Below, one piece after another: positions 23,401-34,631 of a DNA stretch of 64,000 bases. Every line of letters starts with the position of its first letter. Position 1 is the first letter of the stretch. The DNA is from Vitrella brassicaformis CCMP3155. Taxonomy: Eukaryota; Protista; Chromerida. Both the position numbers and the translations under genes were made by a program. The notes beneath the pieces were generated by a model. The model was not told where the DNA came from. It did not search any database and worked only from the letters and a program-made list of their open reading frames with translations. The stretch spans positions 1 to 64,000 of the forward strand of contig CDMY01000271.1 of NCBI GenBank assembly GCA_001179505.1, in the 5' to 3' direction.

Positions 23401-26400
23401 ATGTAGCGTCGCATACCGTCCTCTATCAAAGTCGGATCCCCGGTGTAGCTGAATATGAAGAAGGTGTTTGGTGTCGGGTAGGCGACCAAAGGGCTGTAGC
23501 TGTCCGCAACCTCCACCATGAAGTTAAGGTAGTAAATGCCGCTGGTGTCGGTGAAGCCGCCGTCATCGTTTGCGAGGGTGATGGCCCATGCATTGATGTC
23601 CACCCACCAGCCGCTTGCCGTCCGACTGCACATGGCCAAGTGACAGCCACGCTGCTCCGGCCTTGTTTCGCCTTACTCGATTGGTTCTCTGCCGGGCGAC
23701 CGGTCATAGAATCCCTCACGCACCACGGCATCGTATATTTCAATCTGGGCAACGTCTGTGACGGCTTGCGCCGGCCCCCTGGGCTTGAAGTGTCTCGGCA
23801 TCGTAATGCATAGCTTGTCGGCTGGGTCCAGGGCCTCCTTGAGCATAAACTTGGCGAGCGCAGTCACCTCAGCGCCATCACTGGGCCTCGCATCCGTGAT
23901 CAACACCTCAAACAGCATCTCGCCCGCCGCTGCAGCCTGACCGACATAACCAACCGCCACCAAAACCTGCAGCATATTTAAGCCCAGTACCTTGCTGAAC
24001 GTGTGGAACGGCGGTATGAGTTGGGATGGGGTCGAGGTCAAAGGCCACATGTTGATGCCCTGAACTGGTGTCGTCTGCGTGTCGATATCCATGCCATCTA
24101 CGTCTTGGCAGCCCAATATGCCGCTGGCGTCCAGCGTGCAGGGACCGTCGTGTGTGTATATCTCCCAATAGTCCCTCGTTGAGTAGCCGGTGTTAGCATT
24201 TTCCATCTCGACAGTGAAGCCGTAGTTGACCGGCTGCAGGGACTCGCCCTTTGCAAGCGCAACGTTCATCCTTGAAGCATGCGTCATAAGCAGCACACCG
24301 ATGATTTGCGGGTGAAGTCTCTCTCGTTGCGTGCCGATGTCTCACATGTTTTTGTAGCACGAGATGGACTCGAGGGCGGGCAGCCACGTGCTGCGGTCGT
24401 TGGGATCTGCATTGCCCACCGCCACTGATGCTGCTGACGTGCACGTGAAGTCCGTGAAGCGGAAGTCTTCGGGCGCCATAAGCGTGATCGAGCCCCACTG
24501 AGGGACGACATACATGCAGTGAATCCTGCTCTGTTTTCGTTCTGCACACGTTGTTACCTTTCTGCCTTGTGCCGCTGGGTCAGTGGAGGTCGTCACGCCG
24601 GTTTCCTGAATGGGCTTGAAATACACCTGTACCTTCCCCACCGCCCCCGGTCGGAACGTGTCAATGGGACTGACGGACGCCTCCGAAGAAGACATCTTGC
24701 CGAGGACGGGGACATTTTTGGAGAAGCGCATGTCGTTGTCGTCTGCCTTGAAAAGCGTCTTGGCGCTCTCAACCAGGGCAGAAGGTGTGCCGTCCTGGTT
24801 GGACAGGCCCTGTGCAGAGAGCCATGGAAGGTCAAGAGTATGTTCGCTTGTCGGCACTCGTGCATTTGTTTGTATTACCGACGCGACAAAGACCTTCCAC
24901 ACATTGTTAGGATCCGATGCCTTGATATACGTGTCGGGATTCTGCACAATGACCTTCAACAGCAAAGTGCTGCCTGGAACAGGGGAGACAGTATGCAAAC
25001 GACGCATCCCGCCAGTCTGCCCTTCTTATCAGCTCACCAGCGGGGATCATCTGCCCTTCAGCCAGCTTGACGGCACAAACGCTCTCCGTGTATGGCGGGT
25101 TCGGTGGTGCCTCCCACGATCCCTCGAGCATGCTGTACTGGGTCGGCTCTGTATAAATGTCGCCAGCAAGGCTACTGTATTTGAGAAGGTGCACGGGCTC
25201 GGCTGGCGTGTCGGTCACCTGCACACACGCAGGCCCAATACGGGCGCAATCGCGTGTCTCGCAAGGCCCATTGGCGTCACCCTCACCTTCACAGGGTCGC
25301 CCGTCACGCGCTCGAAGTAATGTCGATCGTTGCCGACACCCCAGTCGGGCAGGGCGATGAAGAGATACGAATAATAGGTGGTAGGATTGATGCTGCCGTA
25401 CAGAGCAGTGCCTGCGCGAATCGAACAAGACGGGCGTGTATTATATGCGCCTTTCTCCTATTCTCTCGATTCAGGCAGCGTGTCCCACCCATTTTGACTT
25501 TGACGAATAGGGTGTTTGTCTGATCTGCATAGCGCTTCCCATTGTTGCCATCCGTCCATCGATAAGTGGCTATAGTCGCCAGCGGCCCATCCCTCTTCCA
25601 CTGCACGCGATCCGATTTTTCCATGTCGACCCCGTACCACCGCGCCTTGTTGTTGGCAATGTCGTCACCTTCCACAAGCTGACAAATGCAGAACAGATAC
25701 ACTGAATGTTGTGCTGTCCGTGATTGTCGTTCACAGCTGTACCAAGGCGCCATAGAATGGGATGAGGGGCTGAAAGCCATAGTGGCCCTCGCTGCGGCGG
25801 TTCACTGTCACGGAGATAGTCACGCTTCCGCCTGTGAAGCCGCCGCTTCTTGTCGCTTTCATCTTGAGAGTCTGCCTGTATTCGCTTTCTGGGCCGCTGC
25901 TCATGTAGAAGAAATCCACGTAAGAGCAGGCGAAGTCGGCTCCACAGTCTGGATCGCCCTGCAGGTCCCAGAAGGTCAGTGGATACAGGAACACGTACAG
26001 CGCCTGCAAGCGCACGAGACACACCAGGGCTGCTGGCCGTTAGCTAAGCAAAGTCCCTTGCCTACGTCTCCCTCTTGGATTCTGGTGATTTTGATGTGAA
26101 TGTGCAGCGGACAGCCAGTCGTGTCGTCACATTGCACCTGCCAGCCCATAACTCCAGGTATTTTGATCATTGCCGACGCTGCGTCGAATATTTACGATGG
26201 AGACAGTTGAGTCTGGTGTGGCGTCGCTCGCGTCTAGATTGGCCAACGGGGCGGCATCGGTGAGTCCACTTGGGTCGGAACCTGCGTCTTGATTCACAGT
26301 CGCGACACTGTAGGCATCTGAGTGCACACACACACACGAGCAATGAGGCCTGGACGGAATTTGTTTTTTCTCTTTTCTCGGGTCACATGTCGATGATGTC

Positions 26401-29400
26401 TGCTTTGTGTGGTCGTATGTGAGCGCCTTGCTCTCGATGATGCCGAGTGAGGGGTCAGCGAGATCGCTTAGAGTGGCTATCTCCACTGAGATGTAGCTGA
26501 AACACACACACGGACAGACAGACAGACAGACAGACTGCCACCTTGCAGGTCAGGCAGAATCCTTCCTTACTCGTCCGCCACAAGAGAGTTGGCCTCGATG
26601 GCTGCCTTCATGACCACCCAATATTTGACCCCTGACTTTATGGCCGCTGTCTGACAGCCATGGAGAGGGTAGCAACACATACAGAAGAGGAGTGTTCCCA
26701 CACATTCGTTTCCGCTCACCTTCGACAGTTCCATGATCACATCCACTGTCTTGGAGGGGCCACTGCCAAGTGTGTTTCCTGCAGACTCCACCCTGCACTC
26801 ATCAGACAGGAAAGTGAAGGCCAATCAAGACTATGCATCACAGCGCTGACCAACATCTCGCTGGAAGCGGGAAGCCGTCCCCGTCGGCCGTCCACATCTC
26901 GTAGAAGACTTTGCCACAGTTCGCTTGTGCTGCGTTCATGGTGCCTCTGAGATTTGCCACGTCCGTATAGGGGGTGGCGTCGCCGCTGCTCCAAGGGTTT
27001 GTCAAGACCGGGAAGAACTTATCCGAGGATGGGAAGCGCACGCGGACCCTGGAGACACCAACACACAGAAAGATGGATGCGACAGCCGACCATACACACC
27101 CATCTTCCCCGGTGTCCAGCCAGTGGTCGGTCCACAGCTTCCTCTTGCCTGAATGACTTGCCCATCTGGTGTGTCTTGTAAATGTACGCCGTCGATTTCA
27201 TGCCGTCGCCCAGCTTGACGTCGTCGCTCTCAGACCCAGAAGGCGTGAATGACAGCACCAGAGGGCCCGCTTTGCCCTTTTCAGGTGTACCGAAAAACAT
27301 GGTCGGTGCCGTGTCGAATGCTCGTGGGCCCGTGACGCGGAGCGTTGCCCACTTGTGCCACTTGTTGTCGTTTGCAGTGGAGTCGCCGGTCCAGCAGATA
27401 GACAGCTCAGTTGAAATGGCGTCCGTGTAGATAAAAGCGTACATTTCGGCACTCGCTGCCTGGATCTGGTGCTGTGTGGGGTCCCACGTCGGACGGTTGA
27501 CGTCGGCATAGATACTCGGGAAGGCATCATAAGTCTGTATGTCGATCTCAGCAGCGCCGCCGCTCACGTCCCTTGGGCCGCCGACGACCTTGTAGAAGGT
27601 CCGACCTAGAACTGTCTCCGTGGTCTTCGTGGGCGATGTCGACCATGTGCGAAATAGCTCGTCAGGTGTGTAAGTCGCCTCACTCGTTATCGTGGCGGGC
27701 GAGCCAGACTGCAGCGACTTTGCAAACGACACGAAGCCTCCCGTCTCGATGCCTCCTGCCTCCAGTGTCTCCTTAGTTGCGGGAAGACTGAGTGTCACTT
27801 CGGAGCCGTTGTGGGAGACATAGGTGGCGGGCAGTGGTGGACCAAGGACGTCTTCACTTGTGAGGGTCCCGGCTGATGAGCCCTCTGGGTAGGAGTACAC
27901 AAGACCTGATGCTGTCATGTCTGCCATGCAGCTGGAGCCCTCGACAATCCTCAACCTAATCAAGGAATGAGACACAGTCACAGCTTGGTGCACCGGGGCG
28001 TGTTTGCTGCCTCACTTGTGGCCTGAGTTTCCCCCGAGTCCGTATCCCCTCAGAATAACTGAAAACGGCTCGTTGGCTGCCGCCTCGTAGAAGTAGTTCC
28101 CATCTTCCTTTGGGAGGCCTTCTTTGCTGGGGCCTTCAACAACCATAATGCCGGCCGAGGCCTTGAAGTGCTCGTCGGCAGTGCAGTCGTCGCGGTTAGT
28201 CTCCTTCTGTGCATCAATGCATGCTGTATTGATGCACATCTTCACTAAAACACGAGAAAAGAAGGCAGTGACCAGCTAGATGTATGACAGGGCTTCTCCT
28301 TTTGGTGTGGTTGTGCTCACAAGGGCAGTAGCACAGCTCATACACTCCAGGGTCCAGGTCGGCCGTGTCCACGTCAAAGACAAGCTTCCCCGTGTCTTCT
28401 CTGATGGTGAATTCGAAGCTATTGCTGGCTTTGGACACGCCCTCTTCGCCACAGGATGTGGCCCATGGTGACTGACTCATGAGGCCGTCGTTCCTGACCC
28501 CGATGAGCAAGTCGTTCTCGGCGATGCCGACGGCGAGCAATTTGGTGTGGTCGATCGACGAGGGAGTCGACGCCGTTGTCCACTCTTCTTGGGTGATCTG
28601 CAAGGGGACAAATGGAGGGTGCTTATGTCTCACTGTCTCAGTACATGTCTCGCACTCTGCTCACGGTGCAGGTTGAGGATTTGTCCATCTTCTTGCAGGC
28701 CATAAAATTCTCGCGTGACGGTCCATAAACAGTGAAGATGTGGCTGGCAGCCAGAGTTGGGGTCTCTGTGTCGTTGTCACCGTGGATCATATCAAAGTCA
28801 CTCGCTGGCTGAACACCATTCCTGACACGAAAGCCCCCTGATGGCATAGTGTCACTCATCTTGTCTCGCGCACCAGCAGAGCACGTGTCTGCCGCTGTTG
28901 CCGTATTCGACTGTCACGTCCTTAGGAAATGGGTCGAACAGATACCCAATGCTCTCGCTGAACAGACAAGGATACGCAGGCATCGCCAAGATCTTGCTGG
29001 CAGACATCAGACGTGCGTTTGCACTCACATCTGCGGAGGATTGCCGCTGCCCACGTTTGGCGTCGGTGTGGCGGTATTGGCATACTTTGTCGAGCTGGAG
29101 CAAACGAAAGATAATAGTCACTGTACGACGATCGGCGCCATTCTCTCACGGTTTCACTTACTGTGTGTCTGACGCGCCGCAATTCAGCTCGTGGTAAACG
29201 ATTTTTGACGCATCACCGTCGTACTCCCAAATGTTCCGCCTCACCACACTGATGACCTTCCCTCTGACAGACTCGTCTGTATGGCCAGGGAAGTCGGCCG
29301 CGTCGATAGTGATGCTGCACCGGGACCCCGGGTAGCACACAACGCCTCCAGTGGCGATCCTAGGACCGGGGACCAGCAGAGTGCCTGAAGGATGTATATG

Positions 29401-31914
29401 CATGCAAGCCACAATACATCACCAATCGAAATGGTGCGTGCTGCACATGGAAGCGGCGCACCTGCCTCATAGAGGTAATCTTTCGGCTGCTCGCTTGTTT
29501 CGTCGCACATGGCACCAGAAATGTCTGCCCCGGGGCACCAGCAGAGAAGGTACTCCCCCTGCAGGCCAAAATTGCCGGCAGGGATCTTAACGTGCCACTC
29601 GGGTTCCGTCGGATTTTCACTCGTCAGCAGAGGCAACTGAAGGAAGCGACCGAGAGCGGGGTGAGTATGGATGAAGCTGCTAGATAGCACACACGTACCG
29701 CAGGTCCTGGCGGGTCGCCACTCCAGATGCTTGTGGTCCTGAATGTTATCACGCCCCCATTGTTGCTCGGCCCACACTCACTGTTTTCGTCCGTCTTTCT
29801 AACGAGAAGCAGCTGATCGCCTTGCTGATATAAAACGAAGTCACGACTATCGTAAGTCGTCGGGATCTTCAGGGCTGTGCCGACGGTCACTGTCTGATCC
29901 ATCTTGCTGTTCGGAACCTTCGGGCCTTGACGAGATACAAGGACAAAAGATACACACAGACCAGTGCGGCTGTGGTGCACACACTCACTCACCGGCAATG
30001 GCGAGCATCGCCGCGGGAAACTTGAAGAGGCCGTCAGGCGGGGACTTGACATCTGCAATGATGCCTATCGGATATGTGGCGTACGGAAGCCAACACAGAA
30101 AGTGACCCGCCAGGGGAGACACTGATACAGACCTACGACACGCACAGATAATTCAGGGGACAGATGAATTGCATGCACAACGCTCAATTGCCACCCTTAC
30201 GTGGCATCGATCTCCACTGGCTGTTCCAAGATGTTGTCAGTGGCTGCAAGATCGCCCGTTGTAAAGGTCCATGTGACCTTGTCGCCAGTCATGTCTGCGC
30301 TGGCCTGAGCTGTGAATCACAGACGAATGCAGGTGCAGCACCCGCCTGTTTGCTTGACATACCGCGAAAGTAATCCCCCGCTGTTGGCAATTCGATTAGC
30401 GAGGACCTGATACTGCAGTAGTCGGGATCCGCTGCGTCAGAGATGTACAGCTGTAGACGACCGAAATACGTGCCAGGTGAGACATTCACTGAAAGAGACG
30501 TGGAAGCTCTATGGCCTGCACCTGGTCGACATGCGTAGTATCGTCCCCTCTGCTCACTCCACCATTGGCCGTATTATGAACTACATACACACACTCCGCG
30601 AATGCAAAAGTGATTTGCAGCCGATCGATTCATTTCGACATACATGTGGTGACATCGGTCAGCACGCTATTGCCAGCAGCCGATGTGGTGATGTCGAATG
30701 ACAACCGGCACTTGTAGTGCGCCGCACAGTACACCACATCGAAGGATGGACTTCTCCGGAAGCCGGCTACTTGTACAGTCTTGCCCAAATCAACATTGTA
30801 GTTTTCCCTTATTTGGCCACACGAGTTCCCGAGACACATGCACAGCTTGTAAAAGCCGGGGAAAGGGATCGCCATCTGCGAAGGAGACAAGAAAAGAGTT
30901 CAGACAACAGAGGACATACGCTTTTTAAGTGCATCTATCTCACTTGCTATGTGAGAAAGACATACTTCGTGGACGGTGCTGAAATCTTCTGTAGGGGCGC
31001 TGCCAGCGACTTCAGTCGCCTGTCCGAGCACGCAATAATCGCCATCGATGGTACAAGTGGCGTATCCTGCACGCATGTAAGGGGGACCGACATCAGAACG
31101 TCTGTTGCATCTACCGCCCTGTCATCATGGCTGACCGAAAATTGAGGAGGCCCCCTTTATCTTGCCTTCGTATCCCTTCATCTCGCTCAGTGCGGGAGGC
31201 AGTCGTTTGTTGCCCTTTGCCCATGGCGCATCATAGGCGATAAGAGCGGGCCTCCGGTCGGTTGAGCTGCCCTCTGCTGGCGTGAGCGACAAAGCCCCCT
31301 GCTCGCAACTGCGTGCATGGATGACCAAAGAGCCTCGCATTACAGCAACCACTATTCTGCGGGCCTAAATGCATGCCTACGGACGTCTTGGACGCGTCAG
31401 CGAAGGTGAGGGCCATTGTCGTTGTCCAGTTGTAGGTGCCTGTGTCCTTGTTCTCGATTGACACAGAAAAGGGGGCACCTACAGAATGCGGAACAGCCTA
31501 GTGACGACCGTGTGAGCGGCTTTCTGGCCCGATGCTTTCCTGGGCTCGCTCTGTACCTGCGATGAGTGACTTTTCATCTTCGGAGACGGCGTTGCCATCA
31601 ATCTTGTATTCGCTCTTTATGTGAATCTCGCCGATGGCACTCTCGTCCATCTGTAGGTGACGCCTCTGACGACAGACATCAACAGCAAACCAATGGCAGC
31701 AAGCATTCATCGCGCCGTTTGTGTACCCTGATCATGGCGTTGCGACGACCCTTCTCGTGAAGACTGAGGAGACAGCAGACACAGTCGCAGAACCAGGACA
31801 TGATCTATTTCCATAACCCCGGCTTGGCTGTTGTGTCCACCTGAGGTCATGCTCTTGTCCTCCGCCGAGCGAAAGGCACAGAACCGCAACGGTGACCACC
31901 AGAGTTTGCCACAT
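17459..31914 (-). CDS. Giant secreted, probably GPI-anchored surface protein with two repeat families (dozens of exons; roughly 3,000+ aa, estimated)
   Basis: N-terminal signal MWQTLVVTVAVLCLSLGGG (ATG 31914). Coding exons run continuously on the - strand down to a C-terminal GPI-like tail ...EEFSGAHTTKTYRYRSIAGLLSLALAFVPLLWSAHV* (17459). I checked only some junctions, so a split into two genes is possible. Confidence 0.65.
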
Positions 31915-32285
31915 CGCATTCAGCGATTCAGCGACTTGTTTAGCGATAGCGTTTGATTCGTTGCCCGCCCCCACGCTATTCCCTCTCCTCAGCAAACGAT
32001 TCTGGAGAGGCAAATCATTTCGTACATTTGTTGGTCTGGCCTTTGAAAAACGATTCCATCGATGATTCATGCATCCCCTATTTGTGGATCCACATGTGCA
32101 TGGATGATTTCTGCGTGATCTGTTGTGTGCACCATGATGGATGAATGTGTTGTCTTCTATATGTGGGGTCTGTCTGTGTGACTGCTTGTGTCCTTGGAAC
32201 TTTGGCTAACCTCACTCACTCACCACTCACTCACCAATTGAAACTCCCCGTCCATTCAGTCCGCAGACTGGGTGAAACATGATCA

Positions 32286-33623
32286 TCAAATGTAGTCAAA
32301 GCGCGACGCATGGTAACTATCTCCTGTCTCTCGCTCCCCCCTGGCCTTCCGAAAATCGGCCACTATCACGCCAAGTGCCCCCTGCTCGCCCATCTTGTCC
32401 ATGTCAATCCAGCGGAAGCACGCCTCATCCTTGCTGCGGAACCACGTCAGCTGACGCTTGGCGAAGCGATACGTGTCAGTGACGATGCGCTCTCGCAGGG
32501 CCGTCAGCTCTTCGCCGTTCAGCACACCGTCTGGACTCTTGCACTCTGCCAAAGCGGCGAGCACTTGCCTGTAGCCGACGGCCTTGGATAGCGATATGTT
32601 GTCTTCCAGGCCGCTGTTCTTGAGCTGCTTCACTTCATCGACCAGGCCGTCGGCGAGCATGCCGTCGAGGCGGGCGGCGATGCGCGTGCGCAATACGTCC
32701 CGCGGCCGCACGAGGAACCAGCCCCTGACGTCCCACGTGCCTTGATCGACTAGGAAGCCGCGACGCCACTCCTCATCGGCCAGTGGTGGTGGCGCATCAT
32801 CCCTTGACTCCTCAATCAGGGTATCCGTTGCCCCGAAAGGGAAGTCGCTGACGCGCTTGTTGGACGACAGACATATCTCCAGTCCCCGCAGTATTCTCTT
32901 GCGGTCGTTGACGCTCAGTTTGGCGGCATAGAGGGGGTCGATAGCATTCAGTCTGTCCCACATGGCGGTCGTGCCCTCCTCGTCCGCCTCATCCTCCAGT
33001 TGGGACCGCAGCGCCATGTCGGGTCCAGGAGCCTCCGACGGTCCCCATAGCAGCATGCGTGTGTACAGCCCAGTTCCCCCGACGAAGATGGGCGTCTTGC
33101 CCCGAGCCAACACACCGGGCAACACCTCCTTCCTGACCATCTCACACACATCAAAGGCCGTCACGTTGCGCTCCGACGGCTCGAAGGTGTCGATGAGATG
33201 GTGTGGGAGGCCGCGCCGCTGCGAGGGATGGATCTTGCCCGAGCCGATGTCGGCACCCTTGTAGATTTGCACTGAGTCGAGAGAGATGAGCTCGCCGTCG
33301 AGGGCTTCAGCGAGGTCAAGGGAGAGGTCCGTCTTGCCCGCCGCCGTCACGCCGGCAATCATCAACACCTTCGTTGGCGGCTTCCCTGCTGACAGTGACT
33401 CATCAGCCGCATCCAGAAAAGCCGAACTCTTTTCTGTGGTCATCAGGTATAGCGAGGAATGATGTTGTCCTGCACTTTTCCGTCCTCTCAGCAACAAGGG
33501 CAGCGGACGGGAGAAGGATGCGGGGCAGCGGGAGAACGCAGTTTGTGATGAATCAGAGAAAGGAGAGGCTTGTCGGACGGCCACAGTGAGCGTCAACCAA
33601 AGGACGGAGGGCCATTTCCTCAT
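32286..33623 (-). CDS. miaA: tRNA dimethylallyltransferase (MiaA/tRNA-IPT), probably plastid-targeted, single exon
   Basis: 445-aa ORF with IAGVTAAGKT P-loop, ELISLDSVQIYKGADIGSGK, PHHLID, PIFVGGTGLY, DRKRILRGLEI, KAVGYRQ and YRFAKRQLTWFR. The N-terminal signal peptide plus Ser-rich transit-like segment (ASPF...) fits bipartite targeting. Confidence 0.92.
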   Translation of the reverse strand: MRKWPSVLWLTLTVAVRQASPFSDSSQTAFSRCPASFSRPLPLLLRGRKSAGQHHSSLYLMTTEKSSAFLDAADESLSAGKPPTKVLMIAGVTAAGKTDLSLDLAEALDGELISLDSVQIYKGADIGSGKIHPSQRRGLPHHLIDTFEPSERNVTAFDVCEMVRKEVLPGVLARGKTPIFVGGTGLYTRMLLWGPSEAPGPDMALRSQLEDEADEEGTTAMWDRLNAIDPLYAAKLSVNDRKRILRGLEICLSSNKRVSDFPFGATDTLIEESRDDAPPPLADEEWRRGFLVDQGTWDVRGWFLVRPRDVLRTRIAARLDGMLADGLVDEVKQLKNSGLEDNISLSKAVGYRQVLAALAECKSPDGVLNGEELTALRERIVTDTYRFAKRQLTWFRSKDEACFRWIDMDKMGEQGALGVIVADFRKARGERETGDSYHASRFDYI

Positions 33624-34631
33624 CTCTGCCCCAACTCATCTTTCGTGTAACAAAACGACGGGATGCACTGAGGGCAGGGCATAGATCTTGCGTCCGTGGA
33701 CTCTTAGATCTGCCCGATGACGCGAGGCCGGGCAGCAGGGCAGCGTAGCGCCGCCGAGCGGTCTTTTTTCTTTGGCCTCTTGCGGCCGGACATTGAGGCT
33801 GAGGTGCGCCGGGAGGCGAAGGCAGTCTCGTGTTTGGCAGTCTGTTGTCTGCAGGTGCGTGCGCTTCCAGAGGCCAACCAGGCCCTTGCGGTCGAATCGA
33901 TGAAGAGTATGTAGCACAAGGATGCCGCCGCCAGCACCTGTGACACGGATGTCCTGTCAGGTTCCATAATACAGCGAACGACAATGGCCGCCACCTCGAA
34001 GTCAACGCGCAGGGCGGGGTAAGGAAAGAATAAGCCGCACCTCCGCCCACGCTACTTGTTGGTCTCCTTTGTCTTGTTTCCAGGCCAATGGACCCGGGCA
34101 ACATCACCGTGGAGCAGTGCCGGGCGGCCATGAATGTAAGATCTGGCAAAACACACGGTCTCTCACAGATATGCCGATCCGCGATGATTTGATGCTCCAT
34201 TACAGTACGCCAACAAGAGTGCAGCACCGATGGAGCGCACACTGAGCGCTGATTTCCATCCGTGCGTAGGCGGCTTGCTCAACTCGTTTAGCAAGTGTAA
34301 GTGAACACACACGCAGGCAGACAGGCAGACAGACAGGCAGGCAGGCAGGCATTGCACATGGCATGCATCAGGGAACCGACGCATTTCTTTCATTAATGAA
34401 ACGTTGTGTGTCATGTCTGTCCATTTCCCATGGCGCGTGTTGTGTGGCGATCCACGTATCGATGCACATGTCAGGGGGTACTCACAGTGCCGACGAGATT
34501 ATCGCACATCAACACGCGTTCCTGCTGCAGAAGTTCATGATCAAGACGCAGTGAGTACACATCCGGGCGCCATGCATACTTGATTGTGCTTTGTTGATCG
34601 TCGAAAATACAGGGGTTTGCACGAGTTTGGG

